NCBI GenBank assembly: GCA_963848635.1
Contig: CAWKEA010000005.1
Coordinates: 352,585 to 416,584, forward strand
Source of the DNA: an uncultured bacterium
Lineage (GTDB): Bacteria > Patescibacteriota > Minisyncoccia > Phycocordibacterales > PALSA-1337
Length of the DNA: 64,000 nucleotides
Reading direction: 5' to 3'
Under the pieces are notes generated by a model, which was not told the origin of the DNA, searched no databases, and saw only the letters and a list, made by a program, of their open reading frames with translations. The stretch's first letter is position 1, and each line of letters starts with the position of its first letter. The translations under genes were made by a program, and so were the position numbers. Positions 8,444 to 18,617 of this stretch are shown in pieces.

Positions 8444-9904
8444 TTATTTTCCCTTCCCTTTTTCCTTCTTTTCCTTTAACTGGAGGCCGAGCTCGTCGAG
8501 CTGTTTTGGAGATATCTCGGCTGGCGCTTTCATCATGAGGTCCTTGCCTTCGCCGTTCTTTGGGAAAGCGATGACTTCGCGGATGTTCGGCTCGTTCTCG
8601 AGGAGCATGACGGTGCGGTCGATGCCGGGAGCAAAGCCGCCGTGCGGAGGCGTGCCGTAGGTGAAGGCTTCGAGCATGTGGCCGAAGCGGGCCTTTTGGT
8701 CTTCGGACGAAATATTGAGATATTCGAAAACTTTTTGTTGCATCGCCGCCTGGTGGATACGGATCGAACCAGAGCTGAGCTCATAGCCGTTCAAAACAAG
8801 GTCATACGAGTTGGCGCGCACCGAAAAGATATCCTTGCCGGTCATGAATTTTTCGGTGTCTTCCTCCTTGATCGAGCAGAATGGATGATGCGCCGCCTGA
8901 ATGTTCCCTTCCTTATCCTTTTCAAACATCGGAAAATCAACGATCCACGCGAAGGCGAGCTCGTCCGGGTCTGCCTTGTCCTTGCGCAAATCAGGCTTGT
9001 CGGAGCCGTATTTTTCCATCGATTCCTTGTAGGTCAAGATAGGAAAAGGGGTCGAGGTGATCTTCTTGTTCGGATAGAGCTTTTGGACTAATTCGATGAA
9101 CATCGCCTCGGTATACGAAAGGACGTCCTCGCGCGTGACGAACGACATCTCGAAGTCGAGCTGGGTGAATTCAGGCTGGCGGTCGCCGCGGCTGTCCTCG
9201 TCGCGCATGCAACGAGCGATTTGGAAGTACTTCTCGAAGCCCGCAACCATGAGGAGCTGTTTGAATTGCTGAGGCGATTGCGGCAGAACATAGAATTTGC
9301 CGTTCTCGAGGCGGGACGGCACGACATATTCACGCGATCCCTCAGGTGTGCCTTTCATCAAAATAGGCGTCTCGATCTCGACGAAATCATGCTTGTGCAT
9401 GTATTCCCTGAAAAAAGTGATGATCTTGTCGCGATTGCGGATGTTTTTTTGCATCCTTGTGCGGCGCAGGTCGAGGTACCGGTATTGGAGGCGCAGTTCT
9501 TCATTGAAATCCACTCCGTCGCCTTTGATATCAATCGGTGGCGTAACAGCCGAGTTGAGGACTTTTATTTCGAGCATCTCGAGCTCAACAGCGCCATTCG
9601 CATCGTTTTTATTCACTGTTTTTGGAGGTCTCTCATTTACTTTTCCTTTTACCTCAACAACCCATTCGGATCTGAGGGACGAAGCGACAACCCCGACCTC
9701 CTTGTGATTCGGCAAAGCGACTGCCTGGACGCGGCCGGTCATGTCGCGAAGGTCCAAAAAGATGAGCTTGCCCATGTCGCGGCGCACGTCGACCCAGCCT
9801 TTGATAATGATCTCCTTGCCAATATTAGCAGGGATGTCTTTGATATATGTTCGGTTCATGGGACGTATCGTAGCATGAATAAACCTTAAATTAAAGTAAG
9901 ACAA
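8444..9904 (-). CDS. aspS: aspartate--tRNA ligase, short form lacking the bacterial GAD insertion
   Basis: N-terminal OB fold; FYVLPQSPQQFKQLLMVAGFEKYFQIARCMRDEDSRGDRQPEFTQLDFE class II motif 2 region; C-terminal GTPPHGGFAPGIDRTVM motif 3; 486 aa. Confidence 0.85.
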   Translation of the reverse strand: MSYFNLRFIHATIRPMNRTYIKDIPANIGKEIIIKGWVDVRRDMGKLIFLDLRDMTGRVQAVALPNHKEVGVVASSLRSEWVVEVKGKVNERPPKTVNKNDANGAVELEMLEIKVLNSAVTPPIDIKGDGVDFNEELRLQYRYLDLRRTRMQKNIRNRDKIITFFREYMHKHDFVEIETPILMKGTPEGSREYVVPSRLENGKFYVLPQSPQQFKQLLMVAGFEKYFQIARCMRDEDSRGDRQPEFTQLDFEMSFVTREDVLSYTEAMFIELVQKLYPNKKITSTPFPILTYKESMEKYGSDKPDLRKDKADPDELAFAWIVDFPMFEKDKEGNIQAAHHPFCSIKEEDTEKFMTGKDIFSVRANSYDLVLNGYELSSGSIRIHQAAMQQKVFEYLNISSEDQKARFGHMLEAFTYGTPPHGGFAPGIDRTVMLLENEPNIREVIAFPKNGEGKDLMMKAPAEISPKQLDELGLQLKEKKEKGKGK

Positions 9905-9947
9905 AAAAACCCTGCTGGTCCTGCTCGGTCATGGCTCCCTCGAGCGC

Positions 9948-11546
9948 TTATGCCGCAGGCAATTCGACGATGAATTTTGAGCCTTTGCCTTCGCCCGCTG
10001 ATTCGGCCCAGACGCGGCCATGGTGGGCGTTGACGATCTCGCGCACGATGAAAAGTCCGAGGCCAGTGCCGTGGATGTTCTGCTTGTTGGCATTATCGGC
10101 ACGGGAGAATTTCTGGAAAAGCTTCGGCATGACCAGGGGCGCGATGCCGATGCCGGTATCCGTGACGCTGAATCGTATAGGTATGGTGCCGTCCTTGTTC
10201 GGCACGCGCCCGAGAGCGACCGCAAGTGAGCCCGACGGCGTATATTTGACCGAATTGTCTATGATATTGGCAACGACTTGCTTTAGCTTGTCAGGATCGG
10301 CCGAGACCGTCCATGGGCCTTCGCCGATCGTTTTGAAATCGAATTTCAAGCCTGCTTTATCGATATTCGGCTTCAATTCTGCCACGACATCGCTGACGAG
10401 CGTCTTCATGTCGAGCGGCTCAAGTTCGTATTTCATACTGCCGAGCTCGATGCGGGAGACGTTCAAATAATCGTCGACGACCGACGTCATCGTTTTCGCC
10501 GATTCGAACATGCGCGACACTGCATCGCTCACTTTCCCGGAAACCTCTCCGAGGTCGCCTTCGACGATGAGCGAGGCGTAGCCTTTCATGGCTGTGAGCG
10601 GCGCGCGCAACTGGTGGCTGGCGAACGAGATGAACTCCGTCTTCTGGACATCGAGCTCGCGCAGGCGGTCGTTGGCTTTTTGGAAGTCGATAGTTAATTT
10701 TTCAGCTTTTTCTCGAGATTCTACTTCTTTGATGACACTCCTTATGAGAAAGATGCCGAGCAGGACTGACAAAAGGAAGATGCCTGTATCAAAGACTATC
10801 TCCAGCATATCGTTCGCAAAAAAGATCCTGATCACTAAAACGATCCAAATGAACAGTGTTAAGATCTGCGTTAGGATGTTCTTTGAATTGAGAAACTTTT
10901 GCCAAAATATGAGATAAAATATGGCAAGAATACAAGGAAATATCATTACATTCGCCAATGGCAAGACCTCGATCCCAAATACCGGAAGATACGACGAGCA
11001 ACCCCCGATGAATGCCACGGTAAAGATAACGAATAGATATCGGATCCTCATTCTCTCTGAAGGGTCGCTCGATGAGATGTATTTTTTGAACAGAAGATAT
11101 ATCGAATATGCCGACATGATCACGAACAGTACGATAAAGCTCGTAAAGATATCGGACCTGCCGATATAGTAAAAAGAATTGAATGCGTATCTCACATTGG
11201 TGACGTACAGATTGGTAAAGACATCGAAATACAGGTAGATCCCTCCCGAAAGATATACGAGCGCCAATATCGCTTTTTGGCGTATCTTGAGATACTCGAC
11301 GATGAAGTTGAAGAAAAATACCGGTATGAGGATCACGCCGATTTCTGCCACTTTCCACCAAAATAGCGCATCGGGTTCCAAGGTCGATGTCGCGATCTTG
11401 TAAATGCCAAAGCCCCAGAACGCGACGGCAAGCGAGAAAGCGCTCCAGATGTAATGCTCCAGCTTCTTGCCGCTGATGATGCCATACAGGCCGAGCATCG
11501 TCGAAGAGAATAATATTATCAATCCCACTATTGCGAAAGAGTTCAT
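9948..11546 (-). CDS. sensor histidine kinase (polytopic membrane sensor, HisKA, HATPase_c)
   Basis: six or more TM segments; H-box FASHQLRAPLTAMKGY; C-terminal G1/G2 boxes GTGLGLFIV; start overlaps stop of upstream ORF by 4 nt (ATGA). Confidence 0.8.
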   Translation of the reverse strand: MNSFAIVGLIILFSSTMLGLYGIISGKKLEHYIWSAFSLAVAFWGFGIYKIATSTLEPDALFWWKVAEIGVILIPVFFFNFIVEYLKIRQKAILALVYLSGGIYLYFDVFTNLYVTNVRYAFNSFYYIGRSDIFTSFIVLFVIMSAYSIYLLFKKYISSSDPSERMRIRYLFVIFTVAFIGGCSSYLPVFGIEVLPLANVMIFPCILAIFYLIFWQKFLNSKNILTQILTLFIWIVLVIRIFFANDMLEIVFDTGIFLLSVLLGIFLIRSVIKEVESREKAEKLTIDFQKANDRLRELDVQKTEFISFASHQLRAPLTAMKGYASLIVEGDLGEVSGKVSDAVSRMFESAKTMTSVVDDYLNVSRIELGSMKYELEPLDMKTLVSDVVAELKPNIDKAGLKFDFKTIGEGPWTVSADPDKLKQVVANIIDNSVKYTPSGSLAVALGRVPNKDGTIPIRFSVTDTGIGIAPLVMPKLFQKFSRADNANKQNIHGTGLGLFIVREIVNAHHGRVWAESAGEGKGSKFIVELPAA

Positions 11547-12706
11547 GTGGTGATATGGAAGCCGTCCTCGGGCACTTTGGTTATTATATTGCCTCTACCC
11601 TGCGATATCTTTGTGCCGTTCGGTATCTCCCGCCCAGGCGCGACAACACAGCCACCACCGAGATACACGTCGTCACCGAGACAGCAGCCTAGGAATGTAG
11701 AGCCGGTATCGATTTTTTTCCCTTTATCTATGACAGTAATATTTTTGTGATCAAACCGAAAATCGGTGAGAACTGCCCCTGACCCGACAAAACACCTCTC
11801 GCCAACAAGGCTCGCAGATAAAAAATGTGTCACTGAAAAAACCTCAGACATGAAGACCGACTGTAGGATGTGTCCGTTTAATATGACACATTTGTCGCCT
11901 ATCACTGATGATTCGACGGTAACCGAATTTCCTAAGATTGAATCATTTCCTATCACAGAGTGCCTTACGACGGTATTCGCTCCAATAATCACATTATCTC
12001 CAATGATTGATCCTTCGACGTACGCTGTATGGTGTATATCGCAATTCTTTCCAATCGTATTCATCGTGCTCAAAATTTTCCATTTGTTGCGCGACATTTT
12101 TGTGACGGCAGACAAGAACAAACGTATTTTCTTGTTCTCCTCGACTTCTTTGAGGTGCGACAAGATATTAATTAAATTTGCTGACCACAGATTTGACCAA
12201 TGATGCATCTCAACAATCATTCTCGTGTCATAAGGCGCAACATATTTACCATCGATACACATATGCTCAGGAAAGACGAGAGTTTGTGTCGAGACATCTA
12301 GATCAAACAAAATGGGCTGAACCTCCTGTCGAGATAATGGACGGACATATGAGAGACCGTATTGTATGTGCCCACCCACATCTCTTGAGTTTTGCGTCGC
12401 AACAATCGTTTTTGCAGTATAGTTCCCTTTTTTGACAGTGCATATGGTGCTTGTAGCCATATTTTTTGAACGATCAGTGAACTCTTTGAAAAGTGCTTTG
12501 GTTAAGAAAACACTGCCGTCAAGAATAATATGATCATTCAGATCATCGATCTGTGATATCGATTCCTTTCGCTCATATTGAAAACCAAGCGACATCGCAC
12601 AAGCAATTTGATGATCAAGGATTGACAGGTTTCCAACCATAACATCAGCTGCCGATCTTCCAAACGGGCTGATTTTGTTGCTGTTTGTGATAATGTAAAC
12701 TTTCAT
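11543..12706 (-). CDS. left-handed beta-helix (hexapeptide repeat) protein, putative sugar-nucleotide or acyl transferase
   Basis: C-terminal half rich in [LIV]-G-x-x-x-x hexapeptide repeats (IGDNVIIGANTVVRHSVIGNDSILGNSVTVESSVIGDKCVI); N-terminal domain not confidently assigned. Confidence 0.45.
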   Translation of the reverse strand: MKVYIITNSNKISPFGRSAADVMVGNLSILDHQIACAMSLGFQYERKESISQIDDLNDHIILDGSVFLTKALFKEFTDRSKNMATSTICTVKKGNYTAKTIVATQNSRDVGGHIQYGLSYVRPLSRQEVQPILFDLDVSTQTLVFPEHMCIDGKYVAPYDTRMIVEMHHWSNLWSANLINILSHLKEVEENKKIRLFLSAVTKMSRNKWKILSTMNTIGKNCDIHHTAYVEGSIIGDNVIIGANTVVRHSVIGNDSILGNSVTVESSVIGDKCVILNGHILQSVFMSEVFSVTHFLSASLVGERCFVGSGAVLTDFRFDHKNITVIDKGKKIDTGSTFLGCCLGDDVYLGGGCVVAPGREIPNGTKISQGRGNIITKVPEDGFHITT

Positions 12707-12796
12707 GATTGAAACTGAGCGTCATAATTTATTGATAACTCAATAATCGATCAAGGCGTTCCCCTCATATCAGTCCTCATTAGTATATCATTTATA

Positions 12797-13951
12797 TCAC
12801 AGATTGGTTGTGACTTTAGAATCGATTTCGAATCTTTTTTTAAATGAGTTAACCAATTCGTATATATAACTATCACTAAAATCAAAATATGTATCAGTAT
12901 CGACACCAATAACGCTCTTGACATTGCTTTGATCATACGACGCATGTTTGAGCATGTACCACTTGAAATATTTAATCTTTCTCGCCACAGATCTGAGAGG
13001 TTTTATGCATGAACCGCAAAAGATGAACAATGATAAATAAGGCAGTGCAAGAAATCTTGGAACACCAATAACTGGGATTTTTATGGCAAGTGCCTGAAAA
13101 GTCTGTTTGAGAATATCTCCTACAAAAAAGGGCTTCGGATTGGTTATGTGAAATATCTTTCGCGAAGATTTTTGACTTTTTGATATTTCAAGCATCAATC
13201 GTACTGCAATATCTATTGGCATAAGATTCAGTAAGGAATTTGAACAATAAATAACAGGAATGGGTAGTAAAATATTTTTTTTATCAGAAAGATTCATTGA
13301 CTTCCTCAAGTATATAAGACTTTGGACAAAAGAGTAGTACCCAAAATTGCTTATCCGTTCAACATTGTGATCTATTAATATACTCAATCTGAATATCACA
13401 GCGTCGACGTCTGCGGTATTTTGTACAAGCAATTCTGCGTCGTATTTACTTTCCTCATAGGGGTTGTTAAAGATAGCAGGTCTTTCTCCTATTTTTTCAA
13501 ATTCAAGCCCTGAACTTCGCCCGTGGACATATGCAGTGCTCATGTAATATAAGCGACATTTGAAATGTCGTGCTACAGCAAGCATCGATTTTGCTCCGCC
13601 GATATTAGTTTTGAAAACCCGTTCCTTATTTTCAGTTTTAAAACTCAAGTCAGCCGCCAGATGCCATATTCCATCGATATTACCGATCGGTATGACTGAT
13701 TTCAAAAGCTCTTCTGGATCAGACGATATATCAGCCTCAATATATTTTATACGTCCAGGAATATAGTCGCCAATATTTTTTGAAATTCTGTTTTCCAAAG
13801 AAACTCCATTTTTCGATCTGCCAAGAAAAATAATAGTATTCCCTTCCGCTAAAAGTTTTTTTGAAAGATATGATCCAAGAAAGCCTGTCCCCCCTGTTAA
13901 TAAATAAGTTTTCACTCTTAAATAATAACAAATACGAATGAATGCGGCCAT
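12797..13951 (-). CDS. SDR-family NAD(P)-binding protein, thioester-reductase/male-sterility (NAD_binding_4)-like, with hydrophobic C-terminal extension
   Basis: LLTGGTGFLGSYL Rossmann motif; YxxxK-type region (YEESKYDAE); likely start at Met7 of the listed ORF. Confidence 0.55.
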   Translation of the reverse strand: MAAFIRICYYLRVKTYLLTGGTGFLGSYLSKKLLAEGNTIIFLGRSKNGVSLENRISKNIGDYIPGRIKYIEADISSDPEELLKSVIPIGNIDGIWHLAADLSFKTENKERVFKTNIGGAKSMLAVARHFKCRLYYMSTAYVHGRSSGLEFEKIGERPAIFNNPYEESKYDAELLVQNTADVDAVIFRLSILIDHNVERISNFGYYSFVQSLIYLRKSMNLSDKKNILLPIPVIYCSNSLLNLMPIDIAVRLMLEISKSQKSSRKIFHITNPKPFFVGDILKQTFQALAIKIPVIGVPRFLALPYLSLFIFCGSCIKPLRSVARKIKYFKWYMLKHASYDQSNVKSVIGVDTDTYFDFSDSYIYELVNSFKKRFEIDSKVTTNL

Positions 13952-14088
13952 TGGTGTTTTGTGTTTCATCTTACAGATCGAAATAAGTAAAAACAGATGA
14001 GTCTTTTATCTAATTCTATACATAACTAAAAAACATTCTCATTTCGTTATTATTTATGACTCTGGAAAGTATTCAATAAGGTGTATAA

Positions 14089-15774
14089 TTGCAGATTATG
14101 GATATATCCATATATTCGACGATTATCTGGATAACAGCAATAACTATAGCTAGTCTTGATCTAGTTATAATTATAGGAAGTAAGAGTTTGTCATCTTGGA
14201 CATTTGCACTACTAAGTTTTATTACAGCAGTGTGGGTGACTTCTCAGGGATTTTTTGTCTCTATATCTGACCCTGCATTAGCAAATTTACTCATTCGTTT
14301 GCAATATGTTTTAGGTCTATCAATAGCTATTGGTTTCTACCAATTTTCAATTATCTACCCTCACAATAAAAAAATCCGTCTAATATCAATAATATTAACG
14401 TTAAGTATAATTGCCTGCTTTTCTTACTTATATATATTTACTGATCTATTTATTATAAGTATTTATCGAAATGGGAGTATCGCTCGTTGGGCATGGAATT
14501 TTGGAAATCTACATTTGCTTTTTGACTTAGTTTTTTGCTCGCTTTGGATCAATGCATTATGGCGACTATATTTTACTTATCGAGAATCAGAAGGTATTTT
14601 AAAAATAAATCTTAGAACCATGTTCTTTGGATTATTACTTGGAATAATTCCACCTACACTCGCAAATATAATATTGCCCACATTAGGATACTACGAATTC
14701 AATTGGATTGGTCCAATTACGAGCGCCATTTGGATTTTAATCATTGGTTATTCAGTTGTTCGTTATCGCCAAATGAATGTTCGCACAGTCATCACAGAAG
14801 TCTTAGCGATCGCTATAACATCGATATTCTTTATAAACATATTTATTGGAGTAAATCCAAATATAGCATTACGTATATTTATATTCTGTGTATTTATTAT
14901 ATTGGCCTATTACCTCATAAAAATATCCCTGCGCGAATCACGCCAAAAAGAGCAATTATCCGACCTCAACCTCCACCTCTCGCAAAAAGTGGCGGAGCAG
15001 ACAGCGGACATACAGCGCGCGTATGAAGCGGAAAAGAAAGCTCGTCGCGATCTGGAAAAGCTCAATGACAGCAAGAACCAATTCATCATGATCACCCAGC
15101 ATCACTTGCGCGCGCCGACGACGACCATCGACCGGGAGTTGGAAGCCATGCAGAGCGGCGCTTGCGGTGAGATCACACCGGAGCAAAGAACATCCATCCG
15201 GAATGCGCGCTCGGCTTCACAGCGGCTCTCGCACATCATCGACGACTTTCTCAAGATCGCCGCCTTGAAGCCTGGCGGGAGCATGTTGAACTTGTCGCGG
15301 CAGAGCCTCTTGCCGGCCATCGATGACATCCTCGACGAGCTCAAATTGGACCTTGCCAGACTGCACATCAGCGTGAATTATTCGCGCGACGCCACCGATT
15401 GGCTAGAGCTTTCCGTCGATTTCACCAAGATGCGCGAGATCCTCCTTATCGTCATGGAAAACGCCGTCAAATACAACTGCGACCGCGGATCGATCGACGT
15501 CACCACGCGCACGCACACAGGTATGTTCGAGATTTCGATAAAGAATTCCGGCATCGGCATCACCCGCGAAGAAGCCGAAAAGATCGGTTCCGCCGTCTGT
15601 TATCGCGGTAACTGCGCGCGCTCGCAGAACCCGACCGGCATGGGCATCGGCCTCTCGGTGGTAAAAGCGATCGTCCGCGCGCATCACGGAACATTTTCGA
15701 TCGCTTCTCGTGGCAAGGGAAAAGGCGCACTTGTGGTCATTTCCCTGCCCTTGAAACAGACGTTTGGGGAGTGA
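14089..15774 (+). CDS. sensor histidine kinase (multi-TM sensor, HisKA, HATPase_c)
   Basis: roughly 270 aa polytopic N-terminus; coiled coil; H-box ITQHHLRAPTTTIDRE; C-terminal GMGIGLSVVKAIVRAHHGTF. Confidence 0.75.
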   Translation: MQIMDISIYSTIIWITAITIASLDLVIIIGSKSLSSWTFALLSFITAVWVTSQGFFVSISDPALANLLIRLQYVLGLSIAIGFYQFSIIYPHNKKIRLISIILTLSIIACFSYLYIFTDLFIISIYRNGSIARWAWNFGNLHLLFDLVFCSLWINALWRLYFTYRESEGILKINLRTMFFGLLLGIIPPTLANIILPTLGYYEFNWIGPITSAIWILIIGYSVVRYRQMNVRTVITEVLAIAITSIFFINIFIGVNPNIALRIFIFCVFIILAYYLIKISLRESRQKEQLSDLNLHLSQKVAEQTADIQRAYEAEKKARRDLEKLNDSKNQFIMITQHHLRAPTTTIDRELEAMQSGACGEITPEQRTSIRNARSASQRLSHIIDDFLKIAALKPGGSMLNLSRQSLLPAIDDILDELKLDLARLHISVNYSRDATDWLELSVDFTKMREILLIVMENAVKYNCDRGSIDVTTRTHTGMFEISIKNSGIGITREEAEKIGSAVCYRGNCARSQNPTGMGIGLSVVKAIVRAHHGTFSIASRGKGKGALVVISLPLKQTFGE

Positions 15775-15779
15775 ACAAG
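15709..15779 (+). repeat. direct repeat copy A (histidine-kinase 3' terminus)
   Basis: about 85% identical to 18552..18622 (encodes RGKGKGALVVISLPLKQTFGE-stop). Confidence 0.7.
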
Positions 15780-15803
15780 TCGCGGCCATCCTCAATTTTT
15801 ATA

Positions 15804-16514
15804 TCATTTTAAAATCAATTCTAAATTTGACTCATTTATATCGTTCAATGAATGTGCCATCGGAAGTCTGTAAACTATTGGAGAATATTTTTTAACTAAA
15901 AAATCAATCTCAGTTGGCGGTATTACATTGTCTTGTAAACCAATAACAACAGTTAAATCACTACTTTCCGTCGGATATTTAACGCTTTTCAATTCCTTTA
16001 TTATTTTTGATACATTAAGTCGATAAACATTAGGATAGCCCCTATAGAGAAACTGAAATGTATGTTCCAAGTCTTCTCCACTGCCGCCAGCTGTATGATA
16101 TGCCATATTTACAAAAGGGCACACTAATATTTTCTTTGCATTGCTTTTAGACAGTAAAACTGGTAAAGCTCCAAAACTAAAACCAATTAAATAAACCGGT
16201 AAATTACTTTGCCACAACACTTCAGACGTATTAAAAGATTCGGTGGCTTTACCTAATTTAATTATTTCTAGTGTCTGATCAATTGTTTTGATGCAATTTT
16301 TAAGAGAAAAGTTACCATCACTCTCCCAACTACCAATATATCTTGGAGTAAAGATGTTATATCCCATTTCAGAGAACTTTTTTATAACAGAATGGTGCTT
16401 ATCAATATATTGTGGCAAACCAGGAGAAATGATGACATTCCCCTTATTGCCATTAAGCCATAGACCAATCAGTGTGTTTTTAAACTTAATCCTTAATTCC
16501 ATAATATTGACCAA
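15804..16514 (-). CDS. alpha/beta hydrolase fold protein
   Basis: GFSFGA nucleophile elbow; 236 aa; start overlaps the upstream ORF by 29 nt. Confidence 0.5.
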   Translation of the reverse strand: MVNIMELRIKFKNTLIGLWLNGNKGNVIISPGLPQYIDKHHSVIKKFSEMGYNIFTPRYIGSWESDGNFSLKNCIKTIDQTLEIIKLGKATESFNTSEVLWQSNLPVYLIGFSFGALPVLLSKSNAKKILVCPFVNMAYHTAGGSGEDLEHTFQFLYRGYPNVYRLNVSKIIKELKSVKYPTESSDLTVVIGLQDNVIPPTEIDFLVKKYSPIVYRLPMAHSLNDINESNLELILK

Positions 16515-17730
16515 AATATAAAAATCTTAACTCATTCAAAAAAGACTTCTCATTTGGATGAATAGATCTATTTGGTAATTTATTTTCTAATAATTTTATT
16601 ATCATAACCATTTTATCATAAGCTATACCATAATAAAAATTATTTATAGCTTCAAGTAATTCCTTTTTAAGCTCTACAAAGCTAGCGGATAAAGGCGAAA
16701 ATAGCTCATATTTTAAAATAGTATCTATTCTCTCTCTTAATATCTCCTGCTCCTTAAGACTATTTTTAATAGTTTCAAAATTAATAATGACATCTTTTGA
16801 AACATTTCTTTTAAGGAAAAAAGATCGCAGATAACTTGGGGACAGTTCATTGAATAAGTTTGTCACCTCTTCGATATTGTTTTGCCACTTAAATTTTCTA
16901 CCATATTTATCAAGAAGAACACCATGACACACAATGTTAGTAGGAAGAAATTTGCTTGGCAAATGACATAAAGAATAATAGCTGAATTTCTTTATTATAT
17001 CACCATGAAAATATATTCTTTTAGAATACGTGCCTTGAACAAGGGCCGGAGTAAGCATAACTATGAAGCGAGGATCCAAACTATAACCATCATACGTAAT
17101 CGTATATTCTCTATTCTTAGTAAGACAGATATTATATTTTTCAGGCATCAGGTTACAAAATGTGACCAATTCTTTTTTAGCTCCAATTGGATAGATTTTT
17201 ATTCTTGATATTGTTTCCAGAATTTCATTTTTTGATATTTTTTGGTAGATAACGTTTTGATCTTTCATATCAACACTTCCGCCACATATTTTACACAAGG
17301 TAATCGTTACGTCTGTACCAAAATCAGAATTACATTTATTGCAAGTCGCAATTGGGATTGATCCTTTTATAATATTTGACTTGCAATGCATATTAACGAA
17401 ATCGGAAAGAATTGTGCTTATTTTATCATCTCTGATTTGTTCGTCAAAATCTATACAATATTTTTTTAATGCTTTAACGCCTTCTTGTATGCATTTATCA
17501 ACGAATTCTTCTCTCGTAGTTTTCGAGACAATTATGTTTTCCCTTTGCATCATTTTCAAAACTGGTAACCCATTTACATTCCAAAGCAATGGGAGACAAA
17601 CTTTTATATCCTGGAAGCGTCGTGATTTTACATAAAAATCCATCAGGATTAAATCGTAAATATTGCCCGGACTCAGTACTTTTTTCACTTGTACTGGAGC
17701 CATTATGACTATTTCATTTTCTAGTTCCAT
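16486..17730 (-). CDS. methionyl-tRNA synthetase catalytic-core paralog with degenerate HIGH and KMSKS motifs (predicted pseudo-aaRS)
   Basis: colinear with the MetRS core: N-terminal block IVIMAPVQVKKVLSPGNIYDLILMDFYVKSRRFQDIKVCLPLLWNVNGLP versus [51 protein letters not shown] (HIGH replaced by PGNIY); zinc knuckle CNKCNS...CKICGG; YFHGDIIKKFSYYSLCHLP versus HFIGKDIVYFHSLFWPAML; KMSKS replaced by KFKWQ; C-terminal anticodon-binding region truncated. Confidence 0.55.
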   Translation of the reverse strand: MELENEIVIMAPVQVKKVLSPGNIYDLILMDFYVKSRRFQDIKVCLPLLWNVNGLPVLKMMQRENIIVSKTTREEFVDKCIQEGVKALKKYCIDFDEQIRDDKISTILSDFVNMHCKSNIIKGSIPIATCNKCNSDFGTDVTITLCKICGGSVDMKDQNVIYQKISKNEILETISRIKIYPIGAKKELVTFCNLMPEKYNICLTKNREYTITYDGYSLDPRFIVMLTPALVQGTYSKRIYFHGDIIKKFSYYSLCHLPSKFLPTNIVCHGVLLDKYGRKFKWQNNIEEVTNLFNELSPSYLRSFFLKRNVSKDVIINFETIKNSLKEQEILRERIDTILKYELFSPLSASFVELKKELLEAINNFYYGIAYDKMVMIIKLLENKLPNRSIHPNEKSFLNELRFLYFGQYYGIKD

Positions 17731-18547
17731 ATATTTTTCTGTATTCTTTAGTTATGGACAACTGCAATTCAGAAAGAAAATTATATGCCATACTAAGACC
17801 TGACATTGTAATGTCATTAGTATGTTCAGATTTGTATTCCAAAAATATGCTTGGATCAATTTTCTGAGGAAACATCTTATGAAAAGTCTGCGAAGCTTCT
17901 TTTCTTGTTTCTGGATATATCTTCCAAAATGCTAGATAATACATGACACCATAAATGCACCATTTCATCATTGTGATTCGTTTTTTTGCATTCAGATCAC
18001 TGTTTACGAGCAGCTTCCGAGCTTGATACGTCAAGGAGCTAATAACTCTTACCACTTCAAGACGCAGATCATCGAGATTAATGTTTTTATTTTCAAATGA
18101 ATTTTTTCCAATCAATTGTCTACCATACATAGACAACTCAATCTGCATGTATAAAGATCTGTTGTTATGCCAAAAAGTTTCTTTTCTTCTCTTGGGCGTT
18201 TCATTATACGTATGAACATTAAAATCTAAATCAAAACCACTCGAATCGTATTTTTCTTTGATTTTCCTTAATATTTTTAATGATTCATTGTCAGCGATTT
18301 TGAGAACTATTAGTATGTCTATATCACTTAGAAAGCAATAATCATCAGACAATGAGCTTCCGTAAACAACAGCGCTTACAATATTTTCTTTCAACAACTT
18401 TTTAAGATGAATTTTTATCGGCAATAATATATTCTCCCTCTCTTCTAAACTATGCATATTAGTATTATACATATAAAAATCTAACTTGCTATTTGCACAA
18501 TCAACAAGCACATTTTCAATTTTTAAGACATTTCCTTTTTTGATCAT
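17714..18547 (-). CDS. Pol-beta superfamily nucleotidyltransferase with C-terminal helical domain (AadA/ANT-like architecture)
   Basis: VVYGSSLSDDYCFLSDIDILIV matches the hG[GS]x9-13Dh[DE]h NTase motif; likely start at MIKKGN (18547), since the listed ORF start overlaps the kinase 3' remnant. Confidence 0.55.
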   Translation of the reverse strand: MIKKGNVLKIENVLVDCANSKLDFYMYNTNMHSLEERENILLPIKIHLKKLLKENIVSAVVYGSSLSDDYCFLSDIDILIVLKIADNESLKILRKIKEKYDSSGFDLDFNVHTYNETPKRRKETFWHNNRSLYMQIELSMYGRQLIGKNSFENKNINLDDLRLEVVRVISSLTYQARKLLVNSDLNAKKRITMMKWCIYGVMYYLAFWKIYPETRKEASQTFHKMFPQKIDPSIFLEYKSEHTNDITMSGLSMAYNFLSELQLSITKEYRKIYGTRK

Positions 18548-18551
18548 GTCA

Positions 18552-18617
18552 CGTGGCAAGAAAAAAGGCGCGCTCACGACCATTTCCCTGCCCTTGAAAC
18601 AGGCGTTTGAGGAGTGA
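18552..18617 (+). pseudogene. histidine kinase 3' terminal remnant (direct repeat copy B)
   Basis: encodes RGKKKGALTTISLPLKQAFEE-stop, about 85% nt identity to the 3' end of the kinase gene at 15709..15779; no upstream kinase ORF. Confidence 0.6.

Noticed and set aside
7959-8660. 233-aa plus-strand ORF spanning the start of the GYAWS-repeat gene and the end of aspS
   Set aside because: Lies antisense to two well-supported minus-strand genes; low-complexity Ser/Arg-rich translation; no start context.
9221-9889. 222-aa plus-strand ORF inside aspS
   Set aside because: Antisense to a strongly conserved AspRS coding region; no recognizable motifs.
12751-12945. 64-aa minus-strand ORF overlapping the 3' end of the SDR gene
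   Set aside because: Out-of-frame overlap with a better-supported gene; no motifs.
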